Shown: positions 10,521 through 20,927, numbered from the whole stretch's first letter. The stretch: DNA of 63,100 nt, filler included, from Methanobacteriota archaeon (GCA_024860865.1; 7 parts of 7 records of this genome joined end to end with filler, not necessarily neighbours in it), one strand, 5' to 3'. Numbers and translations are program-made. The notes: generated by a model not told the origin, from the letters alone.

Positions 10521-11621
10521 TTAACTTGGAGTACTTTCCAAAAGTACTACTCTAACACCTTCAGCCTTTGTGATCATAGCCTGAATTTTGTCGCACGTTA
10601 GTAGGGTCCCCTTCTTTTTTCTAGCCATATATCGAACCATATCATCAATACCGCCACTCTGGGCCAGTTTAAGCTCCTGAAATCCAGGCCTCCTGCCGGA
10701 AAATATAAGCTTGACCTTTTTTTGATTGGCTAACTCACGTAAACTCTCAAGTTCCTTTAATCCCTTAAAACCTTTTTCATTTCTTTGGTTAGCAAGGTGC
10801 TCAAGTTCTGCAACTGCAGCTCTTGGAACATCAACTAAAATTTTCTCTTTTGCAGCACGCTCTTTAACGTAATTTATAACCATGCAATTAACTAACGCGC
10901 TAGTATCTGGAATAATTATATTTTCAGATGGATAAACCATCAAATATTTTCGAACAAAAAATACCCCAAGTCCTACTAGTGCAACTGTTAAAATGCCGAG
11001 CGCAATAATCCAACTATACCAAACCAATGATGCCTGGTAGATTATGATTACTCTTGGAGCGCTAAAGGGTGCGATGTTCTCCAACGAATAGTAAAGAACC
11101 TCTCGATTTCTTTCTGTATAAGATTCTCTCGGGGTGGGATCAACAGATATAATTTTTGTACCCTCTGGAAGCTTAATCCACGTTTCGAGGCTGAGAGTTG
11201 GCCATTCGGCAGAAGTAATAAGCCACTCATGGACGACCCTTTTTAATCCAAACTGTATGGCGCGGCTTGTGGAAATTTCAACAGTATATGTATAGGTATA
11301 ACCAGGTTGAATCGGTTTTCTAAACCACCAAGTAATTCGGGTGTAATTTCCAACTTCATCACTTAAGTAGGCAAGCTTCCCTTGGTCATCAAAAATCTGA
11401 ATATTTGTAATTTTAAATTCCTTCGGGATTTTCAGCATTCTGCTGCTAATTGGAAGCGTTCCGTTGTTGCGAAGTATAACCGTTTCTTTTACATGAACGG
11501 TATCAGTCCAATCAATGGAAATGATTCGTTCGACTTTAATATTGACCTCATCATAGGCTGAAATAAAAGGACATTGCACGAAAAGAAGTGCAGCGATCAA
11601 AAGAAGTATAATTTTTTTCAG
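10521..11621 (-). CDS. Signal peptide + beta-rich ectodomain + TM + C-terminal PIN domain protein
   Basis: PDTSAL, AELEHLAN, GGIDDMVR, LLTCD PIN motifs after a TM helix; in-frame CTG 11621 yields KKIILLLIAALLFVQC. Confidence 0.8.
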   Translation of the reverse strand: MKKIILLLIAALLFVQCPFISAYDEVNIKVERIISIDWTDTVHVKETVILRNNGTLPISSRMLKIPKEFKITNIQIFDDQGKLAYLSDEVGNYTRITWWFRKPIQPGYTYTYTVEISTSRAIQFGLKRVVHEWLITSAEWPTLSLETWIKLPEGTKIISVDPTPRESYTERNREVLYYSLENIAPFSAPRVIIIYQASLVWYSWIIALGILTVALVGLGVFFVRKYLMVYPSENIIIPDTSALVNCMVINYVKERAAKEKILVDVPRAAVAELEHLANQRNEKGFKGLKELESLRELANQKKVKLIFSGRRPGFQELKLAQSGGIDDMVRYMARKKKGTLLTCDKIQAMITKAEGVRVVLLESTPS

Positions 11622-12025
11622 ATAGCATATCTCCTTTAATTAGTCCTTTGATATTTAGAAGTTAGTTACCAAAAAAACTTTGCATTAGAATTTCCTCAAA
11701 AGCTTTTGCAACCTTGATTGGCTCGTCTCCTCAAATCAGCCCAATTTTCTCATAATTAAAAATTTCTTCGCCACTAAACATAAAAATTCTTATCTTTTAG
11801 CTGGAAGGTCAATAAGAGATTTTCTTGACCAATTCTAATGTAATATATTGCTGCGATGATATTATCATGAACCAATATTTTTTATGCCCCCAAACTACTG
11901 TATAAAGCTTTTTTGTCTCATTTTGAACTGGCAAAGTTTTAATTTTGGTCACAACTTTGCTATCAATTAATTCGCTTTCGATAATGGTATTCTTTTGGCT
12001 TTCTTCTCTGATAAAATTATTTAAG

Positions 12026-12125
12026 NNNNNNNNNNNNNNNNNNNNNNNNNNNNNNNNNNNNNNNNNNNNTTAATTAATTAANNNNNNNNNNNNNNNNNNN
12101 NNNNNNNNNNNNNNNNNNNNNNNNN
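12026..12125. other. Artificial contig linker
   Basis: N-run + TTAATTAATTAA + N-run. Confidence 0.98.
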
Positions 12126-12548
12126 CTGAGCCAAAGTTCATAGGAACAAACCACCTTGACTGGGATGAAAAAAAGATCCTCAGCACTTATTTAAAGCGGT
12201 GGCAAATCGAAACCTTTTATAAGGGTGCTAAACAAAACCTCGGGTGGGAGGAGTGCCAGCTAAGGACCGCAAAGGGAACCAGTCGTACATGGTATCTCAT
12301 GTTCTTAGCGGACACCCTCCTGAAAATAAGCTCAGGCTTTAGCAGCCTTATAAAATGGTTGGAAACCAGCTTCGATACAGTTGGGAAGAAATGCCTTGCT
12401 TTATCTTTTGAAGTGCTTGAGAAATTTTTGTCTTGGTCTTTTAATCAAAGAAAAAAATTAAAAGATTTGGGTGAGATATTAAAAAGAGCATTTGCTTCAA
12501 ATCAAGAGCTGAAAATACTTAGCTTAAAAAACGCAAAACTTTAGTAAT
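12126..12548 (+). mobile_element. 3' part of a DDE transposase (IS701-like) with element end
   Basis: Frame from 12128 reads KRWQIETFYKGAKQNLGWEECQLR; stop at 12544; end sequence AAAAAACGCAAAACTTTAGT. Confidence 0.75.
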
Positions 12549-12748
12549 AAAATTTTTCTTCTTATATAAGTCCGAAATATTAGGTTTTCTAATAACAAAT
12601 TTATGTTAAATTTGGAAAAATATATAAAAATACCATTTTATTTAAATAAAAATAATTACTTAGAAATCTTTTTATAATTATGACTCAACCCTTATTTGTT
12701 AGCCGCTACTTTGATTGAAAAATCCGAGAAAACTCGGAAGGAGGTGGA

Positions 12749-13891
12749 GTGGTGGCAGAACAAAAAAGTCTTGTTAGTAAAATTCCCAGTATGATACCCG
12801 GGGCTATTCTTCTACTCATTATAACAATAATTTCCATTAATGGCGCAGCGTACATAGGACCTAAGGAAGTATTTGGAATTCCAAAGTTTTTCGAAAGAGT
12901 CGTGCATTTGAACTATATATTGTGGTGCATCTTAATAGGGATGACAATTCGAAATACTGTAGGTATACCAAGTTGGGCCAGAGAGGGTGTTAATTTATCC
13001 AGGCTCTTCCTGAAGACTGGTATTGTCTTACTGGGCTCGTTGTATACATTTGAGATTCTTGCAAAATTGGGTGGAATTGCTGCAGGTCTAATAGTGTTCT
13101 TCGTCTTCTTCAGTGTCTTTATGGTCATGGGTCTGGGTGGATTGCTTGGTATTGGAAGATCAATGGCTGGCGTATTGGGTGCAGCATGCGGTATCTGTGG
13201 TGTTTCAGCATCTATCGCAACTGCTCCTACTGTAAGAGCAAAGATGAGTGAAGTCGGTTACGCGATTGCCACAATACTCAGTTTTGGAGTAATAACCATG
13301 TTCCTCAGCCCATTTATAGGGCACTGGTTAGGGATGAATGCAATACAGTATGGAGCTTGGGTTGGAACAGGTATCCTAAATTCTGGTCAAGTACTCGCTG
13401 CAGCACTGGCGTTTGATCCTGTGGTTGCACCTGGACATGCTGTTGCAATAGGTGAAATCTGGAATATACTAAGAATTGTTTTCATACCAGTTGTTGTATT
13501 CGTAATAGCTATTTGGTATTCTGCTACTTTAACTCCAGAAGAAAAAGAAAAGGTGGGAAGAGTTAGTTTAGGAACGCTGATTAAAGAAAAATTCCCTGTG
13601 TTCGTCTTAGGTTTCTTAGCGATGACAGTAGTTACTTCGTTAGGAGTATTTGGACCGGCAGGAGTAATCCCGGGCACAAAAGCATCTACAGCTATGGTGG
13701 CTTTGAGAATATTAATGACTGACTTCTTTGCAATCGGACTTGTAGGTCTAGGCATGTTCATATCAATTAAAGAAATCAGCGCGACTGGCGGCAAGCCATT
13801 CTACATTGGTTGGTTTACTGGATTTGTCAAATATGTCTTGTCACTAGCAGCGATAGTATTGCTTAGCAGTGTCTTACCTACATCATATTAG
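12749..13891 (+). CDS. YeiH/COG2855 putative sulfate exporter family membrane protein
   Basis: GIVLLG, ICGVSASIA, YGAWVGT, FPVFVLGFLA; multiple TM; GGAGGTG RBS. Confidence 0.85.
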   Translation: MVAEQKSLVSKIPSMIPGAILLLIITIISINGAAYIGPKEVFGIPKFFERVVHLNYILWCILIGMTIRNTVGIPSWAREGVNLSRLFLKTGIVLLGSLYTFEILAKLGGIAAGLIVFFVFFSVFMVMGLGGLLGIGRSMAGVLGAACGICGVSASIATAPTVRAKMSEVGYAIATILSFGVITMFLSPFIGHWLGMNAIQYGAWVGTGILNSGQVLAAALAFDPVVAPGHAVAIGEIWNILRIVFIPVVVFVIAIWYSATLTPEEKEKVGRVSLGTLIKEKFPVFVLGFLAMTVVTSLGVFGPAGVIPGTKASTAMVALRILMTDFFAIGLVGLGMFISIKEISATGGKPFYIGWFTGFVKYVLSLAAIVLLSSVLPTSY

Positions 13892-13902
13892 AGGTGTTTC
13901 TT

Positions 13903-14106
13903 ATGGCAGAAGAGGTTAAGCCTGAAGAAGCTAAGGCTGTAGAAGAAAGAGCGATGACAGTATTTAGAGACGAAAGACAAGAAGACTGGGGAGCGATAAT
14001 CCTCTCTATCATACTAATTATACTCATGCTCGTCGTTCTATATGCTATGGGTCTAGATCCTTTCAAAATCGGTAAGGTCGCAAATCCCTTGCAATTTGTA
14101 AAATAA
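13903..14106 (+). CDS. Small single-TM protein coupled to the YeiH-family gene
   Basis: GAGGTG RBS, EDWGA motif then TM. Confidence 0.7.
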   Translation: MAEEVKPEEAKAVEERAMTVFRDERQEDWGAIILSIILIILMLVVLYAMGLDPFKIGKVANPLQFVK

Positions 14107-14382
14107 TTAAGTACCGAACTTTTTCCTTTCTTTTATTTTTTATTTCGTGAAAGTATTCTTAAAGTTATTCTATTCCATTGATAACTATAGAAGCATTTGT
14201 GATTTCGACCGAAGAATTTAAGTTAAGATGAATTATCATTTGGGTTAATAGGAATTTAACAATTGTACAACTAACGAAGAAAAATCTCTATAGAATGTTA
14301 GAATGTAAAATACTTATAATTAAAAGGCTAGATAAAAGCTAGATAAGACTAAAACTAAATCTCAGGGGTAGAAATCTTGGAT

Positions 14383-14463
14383 ATGATTATTTACATTTTC
14401 TTCGGGGCAATGGCAATAGGGATTGCTCTGCTAGCAAGACTAGCATTTAAGCCGAGAAAGTAA
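14383..14463 (+). CDS. Putative 26-aa membrane micropeptide
   Basis: MIIYIFFGAMAIGIALLARLAFKPRK; GGGGT upstream. Confidence 0.45.
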   Translation: MIIYIFFGAMAIGIALLARLAFKPRK

Positions 14464-14542
14464 TTATTAAGCTCTTTTTTCTAGAGTTTTAGTTATTAGT
14501 TCAGTGGTAGTCCAAACTTCTATTGAAATTTTAGAGTATTTA

Positions 14543-15142
14543 TCATGAAGCGTATTTTATTGCGATGAAAAGTACAATAATCAGTGCTAAAGCCATAATA
14601 AAAAGTATAATATTAAGAGTAATTATATGAAGCGTTATTCTCCTGTGCGATGGCGTCATCTCTAATAACACTTTGTCTATGAAAAATTTCTTCAATTTAC
14701 CAGAAATACTGTTCTCTAATTCTAAGTATCGCTTAATGCTGATAAGCCAGAGTTTTAATTCTTCACTAAGCTTTTTTATTCTTTCCTCGCTGATTTCCTC
14801 TGGCGACTCGAAGATCTCTTCATGAGTAAGTATGGTTCCCCTAGAAACTCCTTCTAAAGTAAGAGTTATTTGGAATTTATCCCCAGTTAGTGATTTAGTT
14901 ACAATTTTTTTATTTTTGACAAACTCGATAAACTCGATAGTTTGCTCCACTAAGGTTTTATCTGATTTAAGTTTTATGTGAAATTGTGCTCCTTGCCCCA
15001 TAGAACCAGTTATGTTTTTTACACTGATGACTTCCCAAACAGAACTAAGCTTTATTCTCTTTTCTACATCCGCTAAAAAAGCAAAAACTTTTTCAAGCGA
15101 AGAATGGATTTCAATAGACTCTAAAATTTTGTACTCTCTCAT
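14543..15142 (-). CDS. SRPBCC-fold protein with C-terminal TM
   Basis: IEIHSSLEKVFAFLAD, GTILTHEE; hydrophobic tail. Confidence 0.7.
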   Translation of the reverse strand: MREYKILESIEIHSSLEKVFAFLADVEKRIKLSSVWEVISVKNITGSMGQGAQFHIKLKSDKTLVEQTIEFIEFVKNKKIVTKSLTGDKFQITLTLEGVSRGTILTHEEIFESPEEISEERIKKLSEELKLWLISIKRYLELENSISGKLKKFFIDKVLLEMTPSHRRITLHIITLNIILFIMALALIIVLFIAIKYAS

Positions 15143-15159
15143 GTTAAGCTCTTGAAATC

Positions 15160-15615
15160 TTATCGAATAACAATTACTGAACAAGGTGCTTCTCTAATCA
15201 CTTTCTCTGCTATTTTATCCGACCACATTTTTGCTAGGCCTTTTAAGCGTCTTGAACCTAATATTATAACGTCAAAATTGTTATCTCTGGCTTCCCTTAT
15301 TATCTCCTTATAAGGTGTGCCTGCACGAAATTTAATTTCAGCCAGTATGCCTTCCTTTTCTGCTTTAGTTTTAAAATTTTTCAAAATTTGATTAGCTTCC
15401 TTTTGTGATTCTTCATTGACATACGATAGAAATTGCTCCCTCGCCTTGGAGGACGATTGCCAATCGCTTCCGATGCGATCTTCCCACTGGGGTATATCTA
15501 CCACATAGAGAGCAGTTAGTTGTCCATTGGACATTTTTGCCAAATTTATCGCATATTCTTCTGCTTTTTTCGATGTCTCGGAACCATTTGTTGCAAGTAA
15601 GATTTTTTTAAACAT
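15160..15615 (-). CDS. Universal stress protein
   Basis: FKKILLATNGS, DVIILGSR, AEKVIREAPCSVIVIR. Confidence 0.92.
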   Translation of the reverse strand: MFKKILLATNGSETSKKAEEYAINLAKMSNGQLTALYVVDIPQWEDRIGSDWQSSSKAREQFLSYVNEESQKEANQILKNFKTKAEKEGILAEIKFRAGTPYKEIIREARDNNFDVIILGSRRLKGLAKMWSDKIAEKVIREAPCSVIVIR

Positions 15616-15722
15616 TTTTTCCCTTTTATTTAGTTTTTTTAAGTTAAATTTTTATTAATACAAATTTTTGATAATTTTTTCCGTAATATTAAATCCTAAG
15701 CAACTACGAAAAATCTCTTGGG

Positions 15723-16136
15723 CTATATCAAAGATTCAAACCTCTTTATACCTGGAAATTTATCGAAGTGATGGTCTAGCGAATATACTTCTTTGATTTT
15801 GTAAAGCTGCATGGTGAGCCTGTGGTGGGAATCTATAAAATCCACCTCGTACTTTAGCGCGAGCTCTATAGCAGGTAAACACAGGTCCTTACGAGCATCA
15901 CTTATACTTAGACCTGCGCACTCCAAGAACCTTTTGATAGATTCATTGATTTTCATTGGATGCTCACGTTCTCTCTTCATCAAGATATGTGCGATTTCAG
16001 CCACAGTAAAAGTAGTCGTCCTTACTCTTTCTTTTCCAAGTTCGATGCTTTTCATTATTTCTTCACATGATTCAAGTTTTTCCTTTGGCTCACCGATTAG
16101 CGTACAGAGTGGAATACTGGCATCCAAATATCTCAA
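15723..16136 (-). CDS. vapC: VapC/PIN toxin
   Basis: YLDASI, TVAE, DFIDS, YSLDHHFD. Confidence 0.88.
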   Translation of the reverse strand: MRYLDASIPLCTLIGEPKEKLESCEEIMKSIELGKERVRTTTFTVAEIAHILMKREREHPMKINESIKRFLECAGLSISDARKDLCLPAIELALKYEVDFIDSHHRLTMQLYKIKEVYSLDHHFDKFPGIKRFESLI

Positions 16137-16141
16137 AATTA

Positions 16142-16366
16142 TTACCTAAATGGTGACTCTTCATGTAGAAGCTTTACGACATCCTTTCTCTTCTTAAGAC
16201 TACTTCTGAAGCTCTTAGCGATCTCAAGGAACGACCTTCTTTGGAATACCCTCTCGATTCTAATATCGACTTTCATCATAGGTTCTATTCGCATCTCTCT
16301 GCGCACTTTTGCTGGAATAATTATCCTTCCTTTTTTATCCACAGTTGCTTTTATTTTTATTTTCAT
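16142..16366 (-). CDS. vapB: AbrB/MazE-type antitoxin
   Basis: TVDKKGRIIIPAKVR; directly upstream of vapC. Confidence 0.88.
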   Translation of the reverse strand: MKIKIKATVDKKGRIIIPAKVRREMRIEPMMKVDIRIERVFQRRSFLEIAKSFRSSLKKRKDVVKLLHEESPFR

Positions 16367-16488
16367 TTTTCCCACTTTAAAATTTCCCATTTTTTAATTG
16401 TGGGTTTAACTATATAAGAATTACCGAGTAATATAACTCGAAAAGTAACAAATAATATTTTCTAAAAGTGTTAAATAAGGAAGGAAAT

Positions 16489-16956
16489 ATGATCGAAAAA
16501 GAAAAGAAGGAGAAATTGAACGCTGCATTCGAAAAAAAGGGGCGATCTATAAAGTAATTGCTGCTCGTTCATATTCACACTTGCTTAAGCAGGATGTCTG
16601 GGTGATTATTCATATTGGAAAATTTGGAGGCTGATAAGCCGTGAATAAAGAAGGAGAATTTCCGTGGAAAAATGCAAAATTAGAATGCTACAAATGCAAT
16701 ATCATAGCTGAGCCAGTAACAATAAAGTTTCAGGGATATCCCATTCGCGGTTGGAGAAATGCTACACCCTCAAGATGCTCATGCGCTATTAGCAATGAGA
16801 AAAACCGGTGTTTACAAAGTTAAAGTTGGAAAACTTGGTAGAGCAGTTATTGTTCGATTACCTAAGCAAGTCGTTGATTTCTATAAATTAGAGAATAAAA
16901 TAATTGAAATTGAACCAAAATCTAAAGAAGAAATCATCATCCGGACGGAATCTTGA
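16489..16956 (+). pseudogene. Decayed toxin plus Zn-finger/AbrB antitoxin pair
   Basis: CYKC...IRGWR in one frame and LHPQDA...VGKLGRAVIVRLP in another; frameshifted upstream ORF ending VWVIIHIGKFGG. Confidence 0.55.
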
Positions 16957-17414
16957 ATTACATTAGTAAACAACCTAAAGAAATGAAGGATAAAACCAAT
17001 AGATGCTTATGAAAATATTAAACAAAAATTTTAGATGTTGATATCAGAATTCCTAAGTTATGAATTCTCTCTTACCCTTACATCCAAGAATCTGAAGGCT
17101 AAATACCAAAATAAGAAAATCCAACCAGCGAAAATTGCCCAACGTGCACGAATCACGCTTCAGAACAAACCTGTAATTTAACTAGTCAATCTAATTTTAT
17201 AAACTAGCCATACACATCAAAGTGAGTCCAAGCTATATTAGTCTTGTAACGATATGGAGGCCCACTTTTTGTACTATAAAAGACTTGACCTTTGACATCG
17301 AATCCTTTATGGGCCCAGATTACAGTCCAACTTGCAGGTGGGCTTGTCACTGGTTTAGTGCCAGCAGGTACAATAAATTCAGCAGATTTTGTTTTACCTA
17401 CTAGTCAAAATAAT

Positions 17415-17948
17415 TTAGTGACCACCTGGACTTACAAAGTAAACGAAAATTGCAACAAGGATGCCAATAACCGCCATTTTAATTCCAGCCAGAAGAATAC
17501 TCTCTTTAGTAATTTTGCCAATATAAATCCCTAAAACAAAAAGAGTTATTATTGACAGTGTAATGGAAGTTATCAAGGCTAAATTTTGCGAAAGAAAAAT
17601 AAATGGGAGCACAGGTATAAGTGCCCCAAGAAATGAACAACCACCATGTGTGATAGTATCTGCAATAAGTTTCTTTTTAATTTCATCTGAAACATGTGTT
17701 CCTTCTAAGCTTCTGAACAAAGATCTCTCAAGTATTAACAATCTTCTTCTTTCTACAGTTCTCTCTGCCATAAGACCTCCTACGCCGTTTGAAATGCCCA
17801 AAGCCATCCCTCCTCCTATACCAGCACCAATGATTGTTTGCGTCCCAACTGAAGCTGAAAAAGCTCCTATTACAACTCCTAATATTGCAATTACGCCATC
17901 TATTGTTCCTAGAACAATGTATCTACTTGAAATGTATTTTATCAACAA
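17415..17948 (-). CDS. VIT1/CCC1-family membrane protein
   Basis: RYIVLGTIDGVIAILG, LGALIPVLPF. Confidence 0.85.
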   Translation of the reverse strand: MLIKYISSRYIVLGTIDGVIAILGVVIGAFSASVGTQTIIGAGIGGGMALGISNGVGGLMAERTVERRRLLILERSLFRSLEGTHVSDEIKKKLIADTITHGGCSFLGALIPVLPFIFLSQNLALITSITLSIITLFVLGIYIGKITKESILLAGIKMAVIGILVAIFVYFVSPGGH

Positions 17949-18006
17949 AGATCCCTCTGGTGTTTCTTTTTTGAATGTGTTTCATTTTGAAATATTTTTC
18001 TGGGGC

Positions 18007-19035
18007 TTATTTTTGCATCCATCTTCCTAAAGAAACTTTATACGGAGGTTTCGCTATTCCCCTCTCACTTATTATTGAAGAAACTAATTCATTCGGAGTA
18101 ACATCAAACGCAAAATTAAATACATTTATTCCATCTGGGGCAATTTTTGTATTTCCGGTTTTAGTAACTTCACTCGGATTTCTCTGCTCAATAGGTATCT
18201 CTGCCCCACTTTTTATCTCAAAATCGATTGTTGAGATTGGGGCTGCAACGTAAAATGGAATCTTATGCTGTTTTGCCAGCACAGCAACGCTATAAGTTCC
18301 AATTTTATTAGCAACATCTCCATTGCTTGCAATTCTATCAGCACCAACTATAACACAATCAACTAATCCTTTGCTCATAACATAAGCTGCCATATTATCT
18401 GTAATTAAAGTTACTGGAATGCCGAGTTGCTTGAGCTCCCACGTTGTTAGTCGGGCTCCTTGAAGCAAAGGTCTCGTTTCATCTGCAATAACTTTAATTT
18501 TTTTCCCTTGTTCCCATGCTGCTCGAATAACTCCAAGAGCCGTTCCATAATCGACACACGCAAGTGCACCAGCATTACAATGAGTCAAGATAGTGGAACT
18601 ATCTTTAATCAAACTTGCACCATATTCTCCGATCTTTTTGTTTATTTGAACATCTTCCTCAGCCATAGCTTGGGCTTCTAAAACAACTGCTTTAACGGTC
18701 GATTTTACATCGGGCTGAGGATTTGCTTTTTTTAAAATCCTCTCAACTGCCCAAAATAAGTTGACAGCAGTTGGCCTAGTGTTTCTAAGTCTAGCAGCTG
18801 CTTTCTTAAGGTCAGATAGAATTTGCTTTTTTGTTTTAGCCTTGCTCTTTACTGCTGCGAGAGCCAATCCAAATGCCGTTGCAACTCCAATTAAAGGAGC
18901 TCCTCTTATCGCTAAAACTTCAATTGCCTTTGCGATACATTCATAATTAGCACAAGTAATGTATTCTAGTTTAGTTGGGAGCTTTGTTTGATTAATAAAA
19001 ATAACTTTATTATCTTTCCACTCAATTGTGCGCAT
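18007..19035 (-). CDS. mtnA: Methylthioribose-1-phosphate isomerase
   Basis: IRGAP, RPTAVNL, LTHCNAG, ETRPLLQG, NKIGTY, FDVTP. Confidence 0.95.
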   Translation of the reverse strand: MRTIEWKDNKVIFINQTKLPTKLEYITCANYECIAKAIEVLAIRGAPLIGVATAFGLALAAVKSKAKTKKQILSDLKKAAARLRNTRPTAVNLFWAVERILKKANPQPDVKSTVKAVVLEAQAMAEEDVQINKKIGEYGASLIKDSSTILTHCNAGALACVDYGTALGVIRAAWEQGKKIKVIADETRPLLQGARLTTWELKQLGIPVTLITDNMAAYVMSKGLVDCVIVGADRIASNGDVANKIGTYSVAVLAKQHKIPFYVAAPISTIDFEIKSGAEIPIEQRNPSEVTKTGNTKIAPDGINVFNFAFDVTPNELVSSIISERGIAKPPYKVSLGRWMQK

Positions 19036-19056
19036 ATTTAATACCTGGCGATAGCT

Positions 19057-19884
19057 ATGAGAAGAATTTTTCTTGGATTGATTTTAGTTATAGCAAGCAG
19101 TATTAGCTATTCGGTTTTTAACTCTTATGGTTGGACTGTAAGCATAAGAGATATTGGACCAACATCTCTTTACTTGCTAGGAGTTTATGACCAAAATCCA
19201 TTAGAAAAAGAACTTGCACCTCTTAACCTAAATAAAACCCAACATATAATCATTATTTTGGTGGATGGATTAGGGTATTATCAGCTTAAAAAAGCAAATG
19301 AAGTCGGATTCTCAACTCCATTCATTAATAATCTTGCTGCAAATGGAATTTTTATAAAAGCTCACACTGTTTACCCACCAGTTACGATTACCGCCCATAC
19401 TGCATTGTTCCAATTTGACCACTCAACAATTTTTGAAAAAGTTTCTGAAAATGGAATGAAAGCAATTGTTATATTTGGCCCAAAAATAGAAGAAGAATTG
19501 CCATTATCCGGTGCAAAAGTTATTATACCAAAGGATTATGACGGAGATGGAACGGCAGGCGATAACGATGTTTCCATAACTTCTCAAAAAGTTTTAAAAA
19601 ATGATGGCCCAAATTTATTGTTTATTCACTTATCGGTTGACTCTACTGCCCATAGATTTGGGCCTTATAGCGAAAAAAGCTTTAAAGATATAAAGAAAAC
19701 AGATGCTTATATCGGAATGATATTGCGAGAACTTAAGAAATTAGATTTATACAAAGACGCAATTGTAATAGTAACAGCAGATCACGGACTTCATAAGGCA
19801 AGTTCAGGTGGAGCACATGGAACAATTTTACCGGATGATATGACCATCCCCATTATCTTCTGCTCAATATCAAAATTAACTTAA
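19057..19884 (+). CDS. Secreted alkaline-phosphatase-superfamily protein
   Basis: ILVDGLG, PPVTITAH, VDSTAHRFGP, TADHG. Confidence 0.8.
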   Translation: MRRIFLGLILVIASSISYSVFNSYGWTVSIRDIGPTSLYLLGVYDQNPLEKELAPLNLNKTQHIIIILVDGLGYYQLKKANEVGFSTPFINNLAANGIFIKAHTVYPPVTITAHTALFQFDHSTIFEKVSENGMKAIVIFGPKIEEELPLSGAKVIIPKDYDGDGTAGDNDVSITSQKVLKNDGPNLLFIHLSVDSTAHRFGPYSEKSFKDIKKTDAYIGMILRELKKLDLYKDAIVIVTADHGLHKASSGGAHGTILPDDMTIPIIFCSISKLT

Positions 19885-19937
19885 CTAAAATGAAAGATTT
19901 AATTGGAAATTAACATATAATGTTAGGAGGAAAAAAG

Positions 19938-20594
19938 TTGAGCCAAATCAAAGGGATCAGCTTAATTATAACAGACCGCCCTGGTGCACTCCATGAAGTT
20001 ACTGGAGTGATCGCATCTCACGGCATTAATATCACTTTTACTCAGCAATTTGTGATAAAGAAAGACGAATCCTTAGTTTATATGGAGTTGGAAGGAGTAA
20101 AAAATTTTGAAAAATTACTCCAAGACTTAAAAAAACTCGATATCATAAGGGTCATCTCTGAGCAAACTCCCTTCCAACAAGTTTATGGCAAGCGAGTGAT
20201 AGTCATCGGTGGTGGAGCCCAAGTTGCACAAGTTGCATTAGGGGCTATAACTGAAGCCGACCGCCATAACATAAGAGGAGAAAAGATTAGTGTTGACACA
20301 ATTCCGCTGGTTGGAGAGAAAGAATTAGCTGAAGCAGTTAGAGCGGTTGGAAGATTGCATAGAGCTGCCATACTAGTTTTAGCAGGATCTTTGATGGGGG
20401 GAGAGATTACTGAAGCTGTTAAAGAACTCAGATCAAAGGGAATTCCAATTATTTCCTTGAGTATGGCGGGCTCAGTTCCAGAAGTTGCTGATGTAGTTAT
20501 AACAGACCCAGTTCAAGCTGGAGTTATAGCAGTGATGGCAATTGCAGATACAGCTCGCTTTGACTTGAGTAGAGTTAGAGGGAAGCGATTCTAA
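19938..20594 (+). CDS. ACT-domain + DUF5612 protein (COG2150-like)
   Basis: GKRVIVIGGGAQVAQVA, EADRHNIRGEKISVDTIP; GGAGG RBS before TTG 19938. Confidence 0.88.
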   Translation: MSQIKGISLIITDRPGALHEVTGVIASHGINITFTQQFVIKKDESLVYMELEGVKNFEKLLQDLKKLDIIRVISEQTPFQQVYGKRVIVIGGGAQVAQVALGAITEADRHNIRGEKISVDTIPLVGEKELAEAVRAVGRLHRAAILVLAGSLMGGEITEAVKELRSKGIPIISLSMAGSVPEVADVVITDPVQAGVIAVMAIADTARFDLSRVRGKRF

Positions 20595-20652
20595 TTTATA
20601 ATTTAGAAGTGAGAAAAATTATTTGTTAAAATTAGATAAATTTGTCTCCAAA

Positions 20653-20826
20653 TTAAGTGCGTTCTTGTTCTTTCTGGAATATTTTCTCAAATCCATAAAG
20701 TTTAGCTACTTCAGTCATCTTCCAAGCAGTGATGAAAAATGAAATATAAGCTAAAATTATGAAAATATACTCAGGATATTCCATAAATTCCCCTATATTC
20801 TCTTTCCACTCAAAGTACTCCCTCAG
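20653..20826 (-). CDS. C-terminal fragment of a membrane protein cut by the contig end
   Basis: Open frame LREYFEW...YIFIILAYISFFITAW...QERT*. Confidence 0.4.
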   Translation of the reverse strand: MREYFEWKENIGEFMEYPEYIFIILAYISFFITAWKMTEVAKLYGFEKIFQKEQERT

Positions 20827-20827
20827 A

Positions 20828-20927
20828 NNNNNNNNNNNNNNNNNNNNNNNNNNNNNNNNNNNNNNNNNNNNTTAATTAATTAANNNNNNNNNNNNNNNNN
20901 NNNNNNNNNNNNNNNNNNNNNNNNNNN
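20828..20927. other. Artificial contig linker
   Basis: N-run + TTAATTAATTAA + N-run. Confidence 0.98.

Noticed and set aside
17058-17410. Short minus-strand frames (32-aa hydrophobic ORF; start-less frame of about 66 codons)
   Set aside because: No clear RBS or recognisable homology; may be gene debris
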